Source: an uncultured Nitrospira sp.
GTDB taxonomy: Bacteria > Nitrospirota > Thermodesulfovibrionia > Thermodesulfovibrionales > UBA6898
Direction of reading: 5' to 3'
Length of the DNA stretch: 64,000 bases
NCBI GenBank assembly: GCA_947085825.1
Contig: CAMTXX010000039.1
Coordinates: 12,343 to 76,342 of the forward strand
Notes under the pieces: generated by a model
Database searches by the model: none
Seen by the model: the letters and a program-made list of their open reading frames with translations, nothing else
Told to the model about the DNA's origin: nothing
Translations under genes and position numbers: made by a program
Shown: piece after piece, positions 52,932-63,463 of the stretch
Layout of the letters: each line of letters opens with the position of its first letter
How positions within the stretch are numbered: the stretch's first letter is position 1

Positions 52932-55541
52932 TTGATGCTCGGTTTTTTGAAAAAAATCATAGGCACAAAGAATGAACGGGAAATCAACAGGCTCATGCCT
53001 GTTGTCGAACAAATAAATTCTTTAGAGCCTTCTATCTCTGTGCTTTCCGATGAACAATTAAAGGACAAAACCCCGGAATTCAAAAGCCGTCTCGCCTCCG
53101 GTGAAACCCTGGATGATATTCTGCCGGAGGCCTTTGCCGTTGTAAGGGAGGCCTCAAGGCGTGTGCTGAAAATGAGACATTTTGACGTACAGCTTCTCGG
53201 TGGAGTTATTCTGCATGAAGGTACAATAGCCGAGATGAAGACAGGTGAAGGCAAAACCCTTGTTGCCACCCTACCCGTCTATTTGAATGCCCTGGAAGGG
53301 AAAGGCGTGCATGTAATTACTGTTAACGACTATCTCGCCAAAAGAGACTCCCAGTGGATGGGCAAACTCTATAACTTTCTTGGTCTCAGTGTTGGTGTTA
53401 TCGTACATGGTCTTACAGATGAGCAGAGGCAAATGTCCTATAATTCCGATATTACATATGGGACCAATAATGAATTTGGCTTTGATTATCTCAGGGACAA
53501 TATGAAGTATGAGATTTCACAGTTTGTTCAGCGGGAATTGAACTATGCTATTGTGGACGAAGTAGACAGCATTCTTGTCGACGAAGCGCGTACGCCTTTG
53601 ATCATATCAGGCCCTTCTGAGGAGTCAACGGACAAGTATTATAAAATCAACAAGATCATCCCCAGGCTTCAAAAAGAGATTGACTATACAATAGACGAAA
53701 AAGCCCGTACTGTTATTTTAACTGAAGAAGGGAATATCAAGGCAGAAACACTGCTTGGAGCAGGGAACCTTTATGATCCGGCAAATATTGAACTTGTGCA
53801 TCATATACTGCAGGGGCTTAAGGCTTATACGCTTTTCAAACGCGATGTGGATTATGTTGTAAAAGACGGGGAAGTGCTTATTGTAGATGAATTTACAGGA
53901 AGACTTATGCCGGGAAGGCGCTGGTCAGACGGGCTTCATCAGGCTGTTGAAGCAAAAGAGGGGGTCAAGATAGCCAGTGAAAACCAGACACTCGCTACAA
54001 TAACTTTTCAGAACTACTTCAGAATGTACAATAAACTGGCCGGCATGACCGGCACTGCAGCAACAGAGGCAGCGGAATTTGCCAAAATATATAATCTTGA
54101 TGTCTTGGTCATACCTACCAATCAACCAATGATAAGGAATGACTTCCCTGATATGATTTACAAGACAGAAAAAGGCAAGTTTAATGCTGTCATAGCTGAC
54201 ATTCAGGAAAAGAATGCTCAAGGTAGACCTGTTCTGGTAGGGACGATCTCTATTGAAAAATCCGAGCTTCTCAGCAGTATGCTGAAGAAGAGAGGCATCA
54301 GGCATTCTGTTTTAAACGCAAAGTATCATGAAAAGGAAGCTGAAATAATCGTCCAGGCTGGAAGAAGCAAAGGGGTCACGATAGCTACAAATATGGCAGG
54401 CAGAGGGACAGATATCATATTGGGGGGAAACCCCTCAGGCGTTGCAAAGGATTTATTAAAAGACAAGACAGAATATACAGATGAAGATCTGAACAATGCG
54501 CTCAGGGAAGCCGAAAAAGTATGTGAGGCTGACAAAGAAAAAGTAATTGCCTTGGGAGGGCTTCATATAATAGGCACTGAAAGGCATGAATCCAGAAGGA
54601 TTGACAACCAGTTACGGGGACGCTCTGGCAGGCAGGGAGACCCGGGGTCTTCACGGTTTTATCTGTCTTTGGAAGATGACCTTATGAGGATCTTCGGGTC
54701 TGATCGTATTTCCGGTTTGATGGGAAAACTTGGCATGGATGATGACATTCCCATTGAAAACAAAATGGTATCGCATGCCATTGAAAATGCCCAGAAACGT
54801 GTTGAGTCCCAGAACTTTGATATTAGAAAGCATCTGCTCGAATATGACGATGTTATGAACAAGCAAAGGCAAGAGATCTATGCCTACAGAAAAGAGATAC
54901 TGCAAAGCCGGAATATTAATGAAAAAATTCTGCTCATGGCAGATGAGCTTGTCGAAGAGATTATCTCAGTTCATTGTCCCGAGGACCAAAATAGCGAGGA
55001 ATGGGACATTAAGGGTCTGAAAGATTCTCTCTACGGCACTTTTTCTGTTTCAATAGCAGATTTCCCTGATAACTTCGCAGCATTTCATGATGTGATTTTC
55101 TCGGAAGTCAAAAAAGCTTATGAGACAAAAGAAAATGAAGCAGGCAGTGAGATGATGAGGTATCTGGAGAGGATGATGGTGCTCCAGGTCGTAGACTCGC
55201 AGTGGAAAGATCATCTTTTGGCGATGGACCATTTAAAAGAAGGAATCGGCCTGAGGGGATACGGACAGAGAGATCCTCTCGTAGAATATAAAAAAGAGGC
55301 TTTTAATATGTTCTCTGAAATGTCCGACAGGATAGCCTCCGAAATAATCACAAGGCTTTTCAAGGTACAGATTCAGAGAAGCCAGGAAGCTGAAATAGCG
55401 CGTACAAGAAGGATAAACCTGAATTATAACAGAGGAGATGTAGCGCCGGCACAGCCTGTGACAAAGGGGGAAAAGGTAGGCCGCAATGACCCCTGTCCTT
55501 GCGGCAGCGGGAAAAAATATAAAAAGTGCTGCAGTCAATGA
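52932..55541 (+). CDS. secA: Preprotein translocase ATPase SecA
   Basis: 869 aa. MKTGEGKTL Walker [20 protein letters not shown], and a C-terminal zinc motif [13 protein letters not shown]. Confidence 0.97.
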   Translation: MMLGFLKKIIGTKNEREINRLMPVVEQINSLEPSISVLSDEQLKDKTPEFKSRLASGETLDDILPEAFAVVREASRRVLKMRHFDVQLLGGVILHEGTIAEMKTGEGKTLVATLPVYLNALEGKGVHVITVNDYLAKRDSQWMGKLYNFLGLSVGVIVHGLTDEQRQMSYNSDITYGTNNEFGFDYLRDNMKYEISQFVQRELNYAIVDEVDSILVDEARTPLIISGPSEESTDKYYKINKIIPRLQKEIDYTIDEKARTVILTEEGNIKAETLLGAGNLYDPANIELVHHILQGLKAYTLFKRDVDYVVKDGEVLIVDEFTGRLMPGRRWSDGLHQAVEAKEGVKIASENQTLATITFQNYFRMYNKLAGMTGTAATEAAEFAKIYNLDVLVIPTNQPMIRNDFPDMIYKTEKGKFNAVIADIQEKNAQGRPVLVGTISIEKSELLSSMLKKRGIRHSVLNAKYHEKEAEIIVQAGRSKGVTIATNMAGRGTDIILGGNPSGVAKDLLKDKTEYTDEDLNNALREAEKVCEADKEKVIALGGLHIIGTERHESRRIDNQLRGRSGRQGDPGSSRFYLSLEDDLMRIFGSDRISGLMGKLGMDDDIPIENKMVSHAIENAQKRVESQNFDIRKHLLEYDDVMNKQRQEIYAYRKEILQSRNINEKILLMADELVEEIISVHCPEDQNSEEWDIKGLKDSLYGTFSVSIADFPDNFAAFHDVIFSEVKKAYETKENEAGSEMMRYLERMMVLQVVDSQWKDHLLAMDHLKEGIGLRGYGQRDPLVEYKKEAFNMFSEMSDRIASEIITRLFKVQIQRSQEAEIARTRRINLNYNRGDVAPAQPVTKGEKVGRNDPCPCGSGKKYKKCCSQ

Positions 55542-56929
55542 TTAGGATATTTTCTGTAGGACCTGATTTCCTGACAAAAGAGCAGACAGAAAACCTTGTT
55601 TCAAGGGGTGCAGCAATAGACAGGTTCAAGACAATAAACAACATTGTCTTTAGGCCGGAAAACAGGCCGGACTTGATTCTCATCGATAAAAATCAGGCAA
55701 AAGAGACTTCATTTAAGTCTTTTATCGAAATGTTCGTGGATATACCCAAAATCATTTTTTCAGGGGAGCAGACTTTCAAAGGCCTTACTGTCTGGACAAA
55801 AACCCCCCTCGCCTATCCTGCGATCAACCCTTCCTCAAAAGAACTGGATTTTCTTATCAAAAAGGCTTTAAAGGAAAAGGAAATCCTGATTGAAAACAAA
55901 ACATTAAAAAGCAATCTCAGCACACTTAAGCAGGAACTGGATTTTTTTGAAGAAGTAAGCAAAACATTAACATCAACGCTCGATTTGAATAACATTCTCT
56001 CCACAATAATGAAAAAAGCCAAAAAGATGATCAAGGCTGAGGCATGGTCTTTTCTGCTTGTTGACCACGAGACCGGAGAACTTGTTTGCGAAAAAACAAC
56101 CGGAAAAAGGGCGAGCAAGAAAAAAATCAAGAAAATCAGACTGAAAATTGGCGAAGGAATTGCCGGCTGGGTTGCCAGGGAGCTTATGCCGGTGGTGGTC
56201 CCGGATGTCTCTGCTGACCCCAGATTCTCCTCGAAGATAGACAGTAATAAGATCAAGTCCATAATGTGTGTTCCGATAAAGAGTAAAGGCAATATACTTG
56301 GGGTCCTTGAAATAGTGAATAAAACCACTAATGGGCCGTTTACTAAAGATGATCTTAATCTAATACTCAGGATAGTAGACCATGCGGCAATAGCGATAGA
56401 GAGGGCGTCGCTCTATCAAAAAATGGAAGAACTTTCCATAACAGATGACCTGACAAAATTATTTAATACAAGATACCTTGACAGGACATTGGAAATTGAA
56501 ATTAACAGGGCAAACAGATATGACACGTCACTGTCTTTAATATTTATGGATGTCGACCATTTCAAGACAATAAATGATAATTATGGACATCTCATAGGGA
56601 GCAAGCTATTGGTTGAAATGGGGCAGCTCCTCATTAAATGCCTCAGAACCGTAGATATCGTCGCCAGATATGGGGGAGATGAATTTGTTATTGTTTTGCC
56701 CCAGACACCTCCGGATAGCGCTAGCCAGATAGCCGAGAGAATCAGAAAATCAATAGAACAAAATATATTTCTCAAAAAAGAAGGGTATTCGCTAAAACTG
56801 ACTGCAAGTTTCGGAGTGGCATCATACCCGGAAAGTGCAAGATATAAAGAAGAACTCCTGAGACTTGCGGATGAAGCCATGTACAGAGTCAAACATCAGA
56901 CAAGAAACGGAGTTTATGCTATAGTATGA
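55538..56929 (+). CDS. Diguanylate cyclase (degenerate receiver-like N-terminus, then GAF, then GGDEF)
   Basis: ATG at 55538 overlaps the secA TGA. GAF region (GIAGWVA..., the track ORF starts at a GTG at 55526). Active-site GGDEF, and RYD / I-site-like RxxD upstream. Confidence 0.88.
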   Translation: MIRIFSVGPDFLTKEQTENLVSRGAAIDRFKTINNIVFRPENRPDLILIDKNQAKETSFKSFIEMFVDIPKIIFSGEQTFKGLTVWTKTPLAYPAINPSSKELDFLIKKALKEKEILIENKTLKSNLSTLKQELDFFEEVSKTLTSTLDLNNILSTIMKKAKKMIKAEAWSFLLVDHETGELVCEKTTGKRASKKKIKKIRLKIGEGIAGWVARELMPVVVPDVSADPRFSSKIDSNKIKSIMCVPIKSKGNILGVLEIVNKTTNGPFTKDDLNLILRIVDHAAIAIERASLYQKMEELSITDDLTKLFNTRYLDRTLEIEINRANRYDTSLSLIFMDVDHFKTINDNYGHLIGSKLLVEMGQLLIKCLRTVDIVARYGGDEFVIVLPQTPPDSASQIAERIRKSIEQNIFLKKEGYSLKLTASFGVASYPESARYKEELLRLADEAMYRVKHQTRNGVYAIV

Positions 56930-56932
56930 TAT

Positions 56933-58108
56933 ATGGCGTTATTTAACTATGCGACAAAAGAGATAACTCTTAAGATTGTTTACTACGGCCCTGGCTTAAG
57001 CGGTAAAACAACCAATATCCAATACCTCCATTCATCTCTAAATTCGGACAAAAAAGGGAAATTGCTTTCTCTTTCCACAGAATCGGACAGAACGCTTTTC
57101 TTTGATTTTCTTCCTATCGAATTAGGGAAAATCAAAGAATTTTCCATACGGTTTCAACTTTATACGGTTCCCGGTCAAGTCCGATATAATGCGACCAGAA
57201 AAGTCGTTCTCAAAGGCGCTGATGCGGTTGTTTTTGTTGCTGATTCACAGAGTGAAATGAGAGACCAAAACATAGAGAGTTTTGAAAATATGAGAGAAAA
57301 TCTCATTTCTAATAATATAAATCCAGAGGGAATTCCCGTTGTCCTGCAATACAACAAAAGAGACCTGAAAAATATTCTGTCAATTGATGAACTCAATGCC
57401 GACATCAATAAGGATAACGCTTACGATATTGTAGAGGCAGAGGCAATTAACGGGAAAGGCGTAGAAGAGACTTTTCGGCTTGTTACCAGATTAGTTCTTA
57501 AGGACATAGCCCGAAAACATAAGTTCGAGATTCAGCCTGCTCCCATAAAAGATGATGTAAGATATAAGGAAATAATTGCCGATATCCCAAAGCCGGAACC
57601 GGAAATCTTTCAGCCTGAATCTGAAGTTGAGATGATAGAACCTGCCGGTTATGCACTTGAAGAAGAATTGGTGGAGCACGGGTCTGCATATGAATTTGAA
57701 AAAAAATTGAAAATAACAGATGCTGCGCAAAAACTCGGCCCTAAGCCTGCCCCCCGGTTAAATGCAGAACATGCATTAAAGAATGAAGCTTATGAAGAAA
57801 CAGTTAAAGAAATCATGGAAGTCAAAAAACCTGCTGTTGCGTATCCTGATATAATTAAAATAATTGCCGGTGACATTAAAAAATTAAACTCCAGGCTTTC
57901 AGATATTGAAGGCTCTGTAGCATCTTTAAAAACAGATATTCTTGGTATCAAAGACAGTTTAAAGACAATTAAAGAAAACAAAGCGTTAGCGGAAAATAAT
58001 TATATTAAGGAAATAAGAAAAGAGCAAAAGGAAATACGCAGTATTTTAAAAGATATTGCCGCTGCATTCAGTGAAATCAAAATCAAGAAGAGCTGGTTTA
58101 AGTTTTAA
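56933..58108 (+). CDS. MglA-like Ras-superfamily GTPase with a ~195-aa acidic/coiled-coil C-terminal extension
   Basis: Residues 1-195 track M. xanthus MglA closely (KIVYYGPGLSGKTTN, SDRTLFFDFLP, YTVPGQV, VVFVADSQ, YNKRDL). Residues ~196-391 have no GTPase motifs. Confidence 0.85.
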   Translation: MALFNYATKEITLKIVYYGPGLSGKTTNIQYLHSSLNSDKKGKLLSLSTESDRTLFFDFLPIELGKIKEFSIRFQLYTVPGQVRYNATRKVVLKGADAVVFVADSQSEMRDQNIESFENMRENLISNNINPEGIPVVLQYNKRDLKNILSIDELNADINKDNAYDIVEAEAINGKGVEETFRLVTRLVLKDIARKHKFEIQPAPIKDDVRYKEIIADIPKPEPEIFQPESEVEMIEPAGYALEEELVEHGSAYEFEKKLKITDAAQKLGPKPAPRLNAEHALKNEAYEETVKEIMEVKKPAVAYPDIIKIIAGDIKKLNSRLSDIEGSVASLKTDILGIKDSLKTIKENKALAENNYIKEIRKEQKEIRSILKDIAAAFSEIKIKKSWFKF

Positions 58109-58128
58109 ACCTAAAACACTCATTTAGC

Positions 58129-58158
58129 CACGGATGGACACGGATAAACACAGATAAA
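58129..58158. repeat. Three tandem 10-nt repeats, CAC(G/A)GAT(G/A)(G/A)A
   Basis: CACGGATGGA / CACGGATAAA / CACAGATAAA, lying between convergent genes. Confidence 0.6.
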
Positions 58159-58184
58159 ACAAGGAGTTAGTGGCAAACTGCTTT

Positions 58185-58742
58185 TTATTTGATTCTTTTA
58201 GATATAATCTTGAACTCTTCTGTGCCGGCTTTTTCCAGCAGTTGAAATAAAACAGTCTCAGTGCATGTAATCACAGCGCCGGCATCGCGCATGAATTCTA
58301 ATGCTGTTTTATGATTTTCGGATTTTCTTGAACAAACTGCATCATTAGCTACATGAACAGAATAACCCTCTTTTAATAATCCAAGACAAGTCTGCAAAAC
58401 ACAAATGTGTGTTTCCATTCCTGTGAGTATTATTTTATTTCGTCCGGAAGACGCTATTTTATTGAGAAAGTCAGGCTCTTCACAGCAATTAAAAGCAATT
58501 TTTTCCATCAGCCCGTATGCTTGCAATGCTTCTTTTATTTCATTAACCGTTGGACCAAGACCCTTTGGATATTGTTCAGTGATCAATACAGGAATCTGCA
58601 GCAGTCCTGCTGCATTGATGAGGTGAAGACAGTTGGCAATAACCGCCTGTCTCTCCCCCATCGCAGCAGCGAGTCTTTCCTGTATATCTATAATTACAAG
58701 AATTGTATCTTGCTTATGCAGAAAAAAATTATTCAGATTCAA
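58185..58742 (-). CDS. Isochorismatase-family cysteine hydrolase
   Basis: 185 aa. VIIDIQE (Asp), K in the EQYPKG region, and GMETHICVLQT (catalytic Cys). Confidence 0.8.
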   Translation of the reverse strand: MNLNNFFLHKQDTILVIIDIQERLAAAMGERQAVIANCLHLINAAGLLQIPVLITEQYPKGLGPTVNEIKEALQAYGLMEKIAFNCCEEPDFLNKIASSGRNKIILTGMETHICVLQTCLGLLKEGYSVHVANDAVCSRKSENHKTALEFMRDAGAVITCTETVLFQLLEKAGTEEFKIISKRIK

Positions 58743-58814
58743 TTAATTTTGCAACCTCATTAATATCCTCAAAAATTATTGCCCAATATTATTTAGCTGT
58801 CAGTTAATGTAAGT

Positions 58815-60185
58815 TTAAAAAGCCTCTTCCATATCATGGTATTCTCTGTCAGAGTAATCCACAAATCTCGTGCAATGAGAAAGAAAAGAAAGATTTATAC
58901 TGCCGGTCGGCCCATTCCTCTGTTTTGAAATGATAATCTCAGCCTTCCCTTTATTGTCATTGCTATCCTTATTATATACTTCATCTCTGTAAAGGAAAAT
59001 AATTACGTCGGCATCCTGTTCGATTGCACCTGATTCTCTGAGATCCGCAAGAGTCGGTTTTTTATTTCCGGTTCTTGTCTCAACGCCTCTGTTAAGCTGA
59101 CTCAGGGCAATTACAGGAACCCTTAACTCTTTTGCAAGACCTTTTAAAGAGCGTGATATCTCGGATATTTCCTGCTCACGCCTTTCCGCATTCCCCCTGC
59201 CCCGCATCAACTGAAGGTAGTCAACGATAATGAGGCTTAACCCATGTTCAATCTTCAATCTCCTTGCCTTGGCTCTCATTTCAAGAACTGATATTGCTGA
59301 TGAATCATCTATGAAAATAGGGGATTCAGCCAGTTTTCCAGCTGCGCTTGTGAGCTTGTGCCAGTCATCCTTTCTGATAAATCCTTTTCTGATATTATTG
59401 GAATCCACCATAGCCTCAGAACAGAGCATTCGGAATGCCAGTTGCTCCTTTGACATTTCAAGACTGAAGACGGCAACAGTCTCTTTCAGATTAACCCCGA
59501 CATGCTGGGCTATATTGAGACTGAAGGCCGTCTTTCCCATAGAGGGCCTGCCTCCGATTATTATCAGATCGCTTTTCTGAAGGCCTGTTGTCAATTCATC
59601 CAATGCTTTAAATCCTGAAGGCACACCGGTGACTGCTTCCTTCTTGTCGTAGAGCTGTTCAATCATCTGAAAGCTGTCTTTTATGACATCTTTCAGGACA
59701 GAAAAGGACGGGCTTATTCTTCTTTCCGATAAATCAAAGATCGTTTTTTCTGCATAATCTATCAGTTCTTCAGCATCCTGCTCAGTTTCATAAACATTCC
59801 GTGCAATATCTGTAACAGAACGGAGAAGGCCTCTGACCATCGACTTCTCCCTGACAATTTTTGCATGGAACCTGACATTGGCGGAAGTGGGAATCATGGA
59901 AGCAAGCGAGGTCAGATACTGCACTCCTCCGATTGCATCGAGATGATCTTTTTTCCTGAGATGGTCTGTGAGAGTAATAATATCTATCGGCTCATTCTTC
60001 TCAAGAAGCTCTGTCATGGACATAAATATCTTTCTATTGGGATCCTTATAGAAATCTTCAGGGTTAATCAGCTCAAAAGCGGTATACAGAGCATTGTTGT
60101 CAAGCAGGATGGCCCCTAAGACAGACTGTTCAGCCTCAATGTTTTGTGGTGGCAGCTTATCTATTGTCAGGCCGGACTCTTTCAT
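58815..60185 (-). CDS. dnaB: Replicative DNA helicase DnaB
   Basis: 456 aa. PPQNIEAEQSVLGAIL, GGRPSMGKTAF Walker A, IVDYLQLM and SQLNR. Confidence 0.96.
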   Translation of the reverse strand: MKESGLTIDKLPPQNIEAEQSVLGAILLDNNALYTAFELINPEDFYKDPNRKIFMSMTELLEKNEPIDIITLTDHLRKKDHLDAIGGVQYLTSLASMIPTSANVRFHAKIVREKSMVRGLLRSVTDIARNVYETEQDAEELIDYAEKTIFDLSERRISPSFSVLKDVIKDSFQMIEQLYDKKEAVTGVPSGFKALDELTTGLQKSDLIIIGGRPSMGKTAFSLNIAQHVGVNLKETVAVFSLEMSKEQLAFRMLCSEAMVDSNNIRKGFIRKDDWHKLTSAAGKLAESPIFIDDSSAISVLEMRAKARRLKIEHGLSLIIVDYLQLMRGRGNAERREQEISEISRSLKGLAKELRVPVIALSQLNRGVETRTGNKKPTLADLRESGAIEQDADVIIFLYRDEVYNKDSNDNKGKAEIIISKQRNGPTGSINLSFLSHCTRFVDYSDREYHDMEEAF

Positions 60186-60625
60186 TCCTGAACAACGCGG
60201 ACTTTAACCTCTGCGGAGAGCTCCTGATGAAGTTTTATCGTAACAGAATACTCACCAAGTCTTCTGATAGGATCTTCGATGATAATTTTTTTCTTGTCAA
60301 TATCATAACCTTCCAAGGCAAGGGCCTCAGCTATATTCATGTTCGTGATTGATCCGAATAGCTTGTCATCTTCTCCTGTTTTTGCTTTTATGGTAAGAGA
60401 AAGGGAAGATAATTTGTCAGCTATGGATTTAACTGACGCCTTTAATTTCGCTGCTTTTTCAAATATTACTTTTTTATTGTGCTCAAATTCCTTTATATTT
60501 TTGGTATTTGCTTCAACTGCGAAATTTTTTGGAAAAAGAAAGTTTATAGCATAGCCATCAGAGACATTTACAACCTCACCCATATGTCCCAGATTTTTTA
60601 CATCTTCTTTAAGAATTACTTTCAT
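60182..60625 (-). CDS. rplI: 50S ribosomal protein L9
   Basis: 147 aa. MKVILKEDVKNLG...V.V.DGYA.NFL.P. Confidence 0.95.
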   Translation of the reverse strand: MKVILKEDVKNLGHMGEVVNVSDGYAINFLFPKNFAVEANTKNIKEFEHNKKVIFEKAAKLKASVKSIADKLSSLSLTIKAKTGEDDKLFGSITNMNIAEALALEGYDIDKKKIIIEDPIRRLGEYSVTIKLHQELSAEVKVRVVQE

Positions 60626-60727
60626 TATTAAATCTCCTTAAATGTATATTTATACCATATAAGATAACATAAAAAAATAGAAAAATTCCCGTGCTGACGG
60701 ATTGTTAAATTAAGGCATCAGTCTGAG

Positions 60728-62413
60728 CTATGCCCTTGTCATCTGCCTGTATTTAATCCTGTGAGGCTGGTCCGCAGCAGCGCCCAACCTCTCCTTCCTG
60801 TCAGCTTCATATTCAGAATAGTTGCCGTTGAACCAGACAACCTTGCTGTCTCCTTCAAAGGCGAGGATATGAGTCGCTATCCTGTCGAGAAACCAGCGGT
60901 CATGGCTTATCACCACAGCGCATCCCGCAAAGTTTTCAAGAGCTTCTTCCAGCGCCCTCATGGTATTAACATCCAGATCATTCGTCGGTTCGTCCAGCAA
61001 AAGCACATTGGCCTCTTCCTTCAGCATTCTGGCAAGATGCACCCTATTGCGTTCACCGCCTGAGAGCATACTCACCTTTTTCTGCTGGTCAGCCCCTGAA
61101 AAATTAAAGCGGGCCACATAAGCGCGTGAATTGATCTGTTTTTTGCCCAATTGTATCGAATCCTGATCATCGGAGATCACCTCCCATATCGTCTTGTCAG
61201 GATTAAGCGAATTACGGCTCTGATCAACATAAGCCAGCTTAACTGTATCACCGATTTTTATTGTTCCTGATTCGGGTTTTTCCTGACCGGTTATCATACG
61301 AAACAAGGTTGTTTTGCCTGCGCCATTCGGACCGATTACGCCTATGATACCTCCCGGAGGAAGCGAAAAAGTCATCCCTTCCATCAACAGATTATCTCCG
61401 TAGGATTTGACCACATTTTCAGATTCAATCACGACATTTCCAAGCCGGGGGCCTGGCGGAATGTAAATCTCCATTTCTTTGGAATTTTTCTCGACATCCT
61501 GTCGTAAAAGCGCTTCATAAGAATTGATTCGGGCCTTTGCTTTTGCGTGTCTTCCTTTAGGTGACATGTTGATCCACTCAAGTTCACGCTGGAGGGTCTT
61601 CTGTCGCTCGCTCTCAGTCTTTTCTTCCTGCTGCAGCTTATTTTTCTTCTGTTCAAGCCATGAGGAATAGTTTCCCTTCCAGGGTATTCCCTGCCCTCTG
61701 TCAAGTTCCAATATCCATCCGGCTACATTATCAAGAAAGTAACGGTCATGGGTGACTGCTATGATCGTGCCGGCATATTCCTTCAGATGATGCTCAAGCC
61801 ATGCAACAGATTCTGCGTCCAGGTGGTTGGTGGGCTCATCAAGGAGAAGGATGTCCGGTTTTTTCAGAAGCAGCCTGCAAAGCGCTACCCGCCTTTTTTC
61901 TCCGCCTGACAATACCTTGACCGGCGTATCACCTGCAGGACACCTGAGTGCATCCATCGCCATTTCCAGGCGTGAATCCAGGTTCCAGGCATCAAGCATA
62001 TCGAGTTTTTCCTGCACCTGCCCCTGTCTTTCTATGAGTTTGCTCATCTCTTCATCTGTCATAGGTTCAGCAAACTTATCATTAATCCGGTTAAACTCAT
62101 GAAGGGCATCTACAGCCTCCTGCGCGCCCTCTTCCACAATCTCACGCACTGTCTTGTTTTCATCAAGTGCCGGCTCCTGTTCGAGCATCCCGATTGTATG
62201 ACCCGGAGACAGAACAGTCTGGCCGTTAAAGCTTTTATCCGTACCTGCAAGTATCCTCAGGAGAGAACTCTTGCCTGAACCGTTCAAACCGAGCACTCCT
62301 ATCTTTGCTCCGTAAAAATATGAAAGATAGATGTCCTTTAGTACCGGCTTTTTATCGTAAAACTTGCTTACTCCTATCATTGAATAAATTACTTTATTCG
62401 GTTCATTGCTCAT
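60728..62413 (-). CDS. ettA: Energy-dependent translational throttle protein EttA (ABC-F)
   Basis: 561 aa. Two ABC cassettes (GLNGSGKSS, GPNGAGKTT, LSGGE twice) and the EttA-type N-terminus VIYSM..V.K. Confidence 0.93.
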   Translation of the reverse strand: MSNEPNKVIYSMIGVSKFYDKKPVLKDIYLSYFYGAKIGVLGLNGSGKSSLLRILAGTDKSFNGQTVLSPGHTIGMLEQEPALDENKTVREIVEEGAQEAVDALHEFNRINDKFAEPMTDEEMSKLIERQGQVQEKLDMLDAWNLDSRLEMAMDALRCPAGDTPVKVLSGGEKRRVALCRLLLKKPDILLLDEPTNHLDAESVAWLEHHLKEYAGTIIAVTHDRYFLDNVAGWILELDRGQGIPWKGNYSSWLEQKKNKLQQEEKTESERQKTLQRELEWINMSPKGRHAKAKARINSYEALLRQDVEKNSKEMEIYIPPGPRLGNVVIESENVVKSYGDNLLMEGMTFSLPPGGIIGVIGPNGAGKTTLFRMITGQEKPESGTIKIGDTVKLAYVDQSRNSLNPDKTIWEVISDDQDSIQLGKKQINSRAYVARFNFSGADQQKKVSMLSGGERNRVHLARMLKEEANVLLLDEPTNDLDVNTMRALEEALENFAGCAVVISHDRWFLDRIATHILAFEGDSKVVWFNGNYSEYEADRKERLGAAADQPHRIKYRQMTRA

Positions 62414-62625
62414 CTATAAATATTCTCCTTGGTTTTAATATTATTTTTTGCACATAAAGATTGACTCTTTGAAGTTCAAAAACCTTACGATTGAATAGAC
62501 AATATTTTACAGTGATTGCAGCCTGATTAGCAATATTCCATGTACCGTGTACCGCCCCAAAGTCACGTCAAGGCCAGTCGCAATTTGTCATTCCAGCACC
62601 AGAAGTAGGGAACTGAGGTTCAGTT

Positions 62626-62916
62626 CTATGTTGAACTCATCTTATAGGCGCGGTCATGATGTTCAAAGTCGAGAAATATCACTCTTTTGTTCTTTTCGTC
62701 AACTTCATAGAGCAACACAAAATGACCGACATGCACCCTTCTCCTGCCTTTTAGGACATTTCGCAGAGGTTTTCCCATTTCAGGATTCCCGGCTATCTGT
62801 AAAATCTTTTTGGCTACAGTATTGATAATGCCTCCTATCCTTTTGGGCAAGCTTCTGCAAGGCTTTTTCAAGCTCCTCTTTGATTTAATACACCCTTTAA
62901 ACTCCGGCTCATGCAA
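62626..62916 (-). CDS. RelE/ParE-family toxin, apparently orphan
   Basis: 96 aa. The C-terminal half, GNPEMGKPLRNVLKGRRRVHVGHFVLLYEVDEKNKRVIFLDFEHHDRAY, is typical RelE/StbE. No antitoxin-sized ORF lies in the 160 nt upstream. Confidence 0.7.
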   Translation of the reverse strand: MHEPEFKGCIKSKRSLKKPCRSLPKRIGGIINTVAKKILQIAGNPEMGKPLRNVLKGRRRVHVGHFVLLYEVDEKNKRVIFLDFEHHDRAYKMSST

Positions 62917-63076
62917 TCCGGCCTTTTTACATTCATTTGTAATCTTGATAGTGCCTCTCCCCCATGTCTAAATTAACCCTGCCTTGAAAAACACATCCGC
63001 CAGCAATTCATTCCTTGGACTGGAAGGATGGCTTTTCTTTAGGTTAGAAATTTGAATATCTTTAGGCAATGCCCCG

Positions 63077-63463
63077 TTACCAAATCGTAGAGACAACACC
63101 TGACCCTCGCATGGTTTCATCCTTTGTGATCAAAGATGAATTGTTATACAAAGCAGTAGCAGCTATCAGCCTGTCATGCATCTCCAGATCGACTTCAATT
63201 TTGTCGGCGGCTCGCAATATCTCCGCATTTAAGGGGACAATTTCAAAGCTTTAGTTTTCTTCAATTCGCTCAAGTGTGTCTTCAAACGAAATCGAAGTTC
63301 TGCCTTTTCTTGCGATAAACATTATCTCGGCCAGAACAACAGCGGGCACAAATACAGTTCCATCTACTTCAGACGTCTGAAAAGCTTTAAGCGCGGCACT
63401 GCTCAACCGGCTGTCATCTGTAAAATACCAGACAAGAGAATGGGTATCGGTTACATAGTCCAT
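63077..63463 (-). pseudogene. vapC: PIN-domain VapC toxin interrupted by one in-frame TAA
   Basis: The 70-aa track ORF (MDYVTDTHSLVWYF...RIEEN) stops at a TAA (63251-63253). The same frame then continues as SFEIVPLNAEILRAADKIEVDLEMHDRLIAATALYNNSSLITKDETMRGSGVVSTIW* to 63077. I checked this codon by codon. Confidence 0.7.

Noticed and set aside
58129-58158. A CRISPR array or minisatellite.
   Set aside because: There are only three contiguous 10-nt units with no spacers, and no cas genes anywhere in the window.
62820-62916. An alternative frame in the 5' part of the RelE-like gene reads IKEELEKALQKLAQKDRR, which looks more like a typical RelE N-terminus. This hints at compensating frameshifts.
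   Set aside because: It would need two indels, and a stop codon lies just upstream in that frame. The annotated frame (…SLKKPCRSLPKRIGGIINTVAKKILQIAGNP) is also acceptable. I cannot decide this without alignments.
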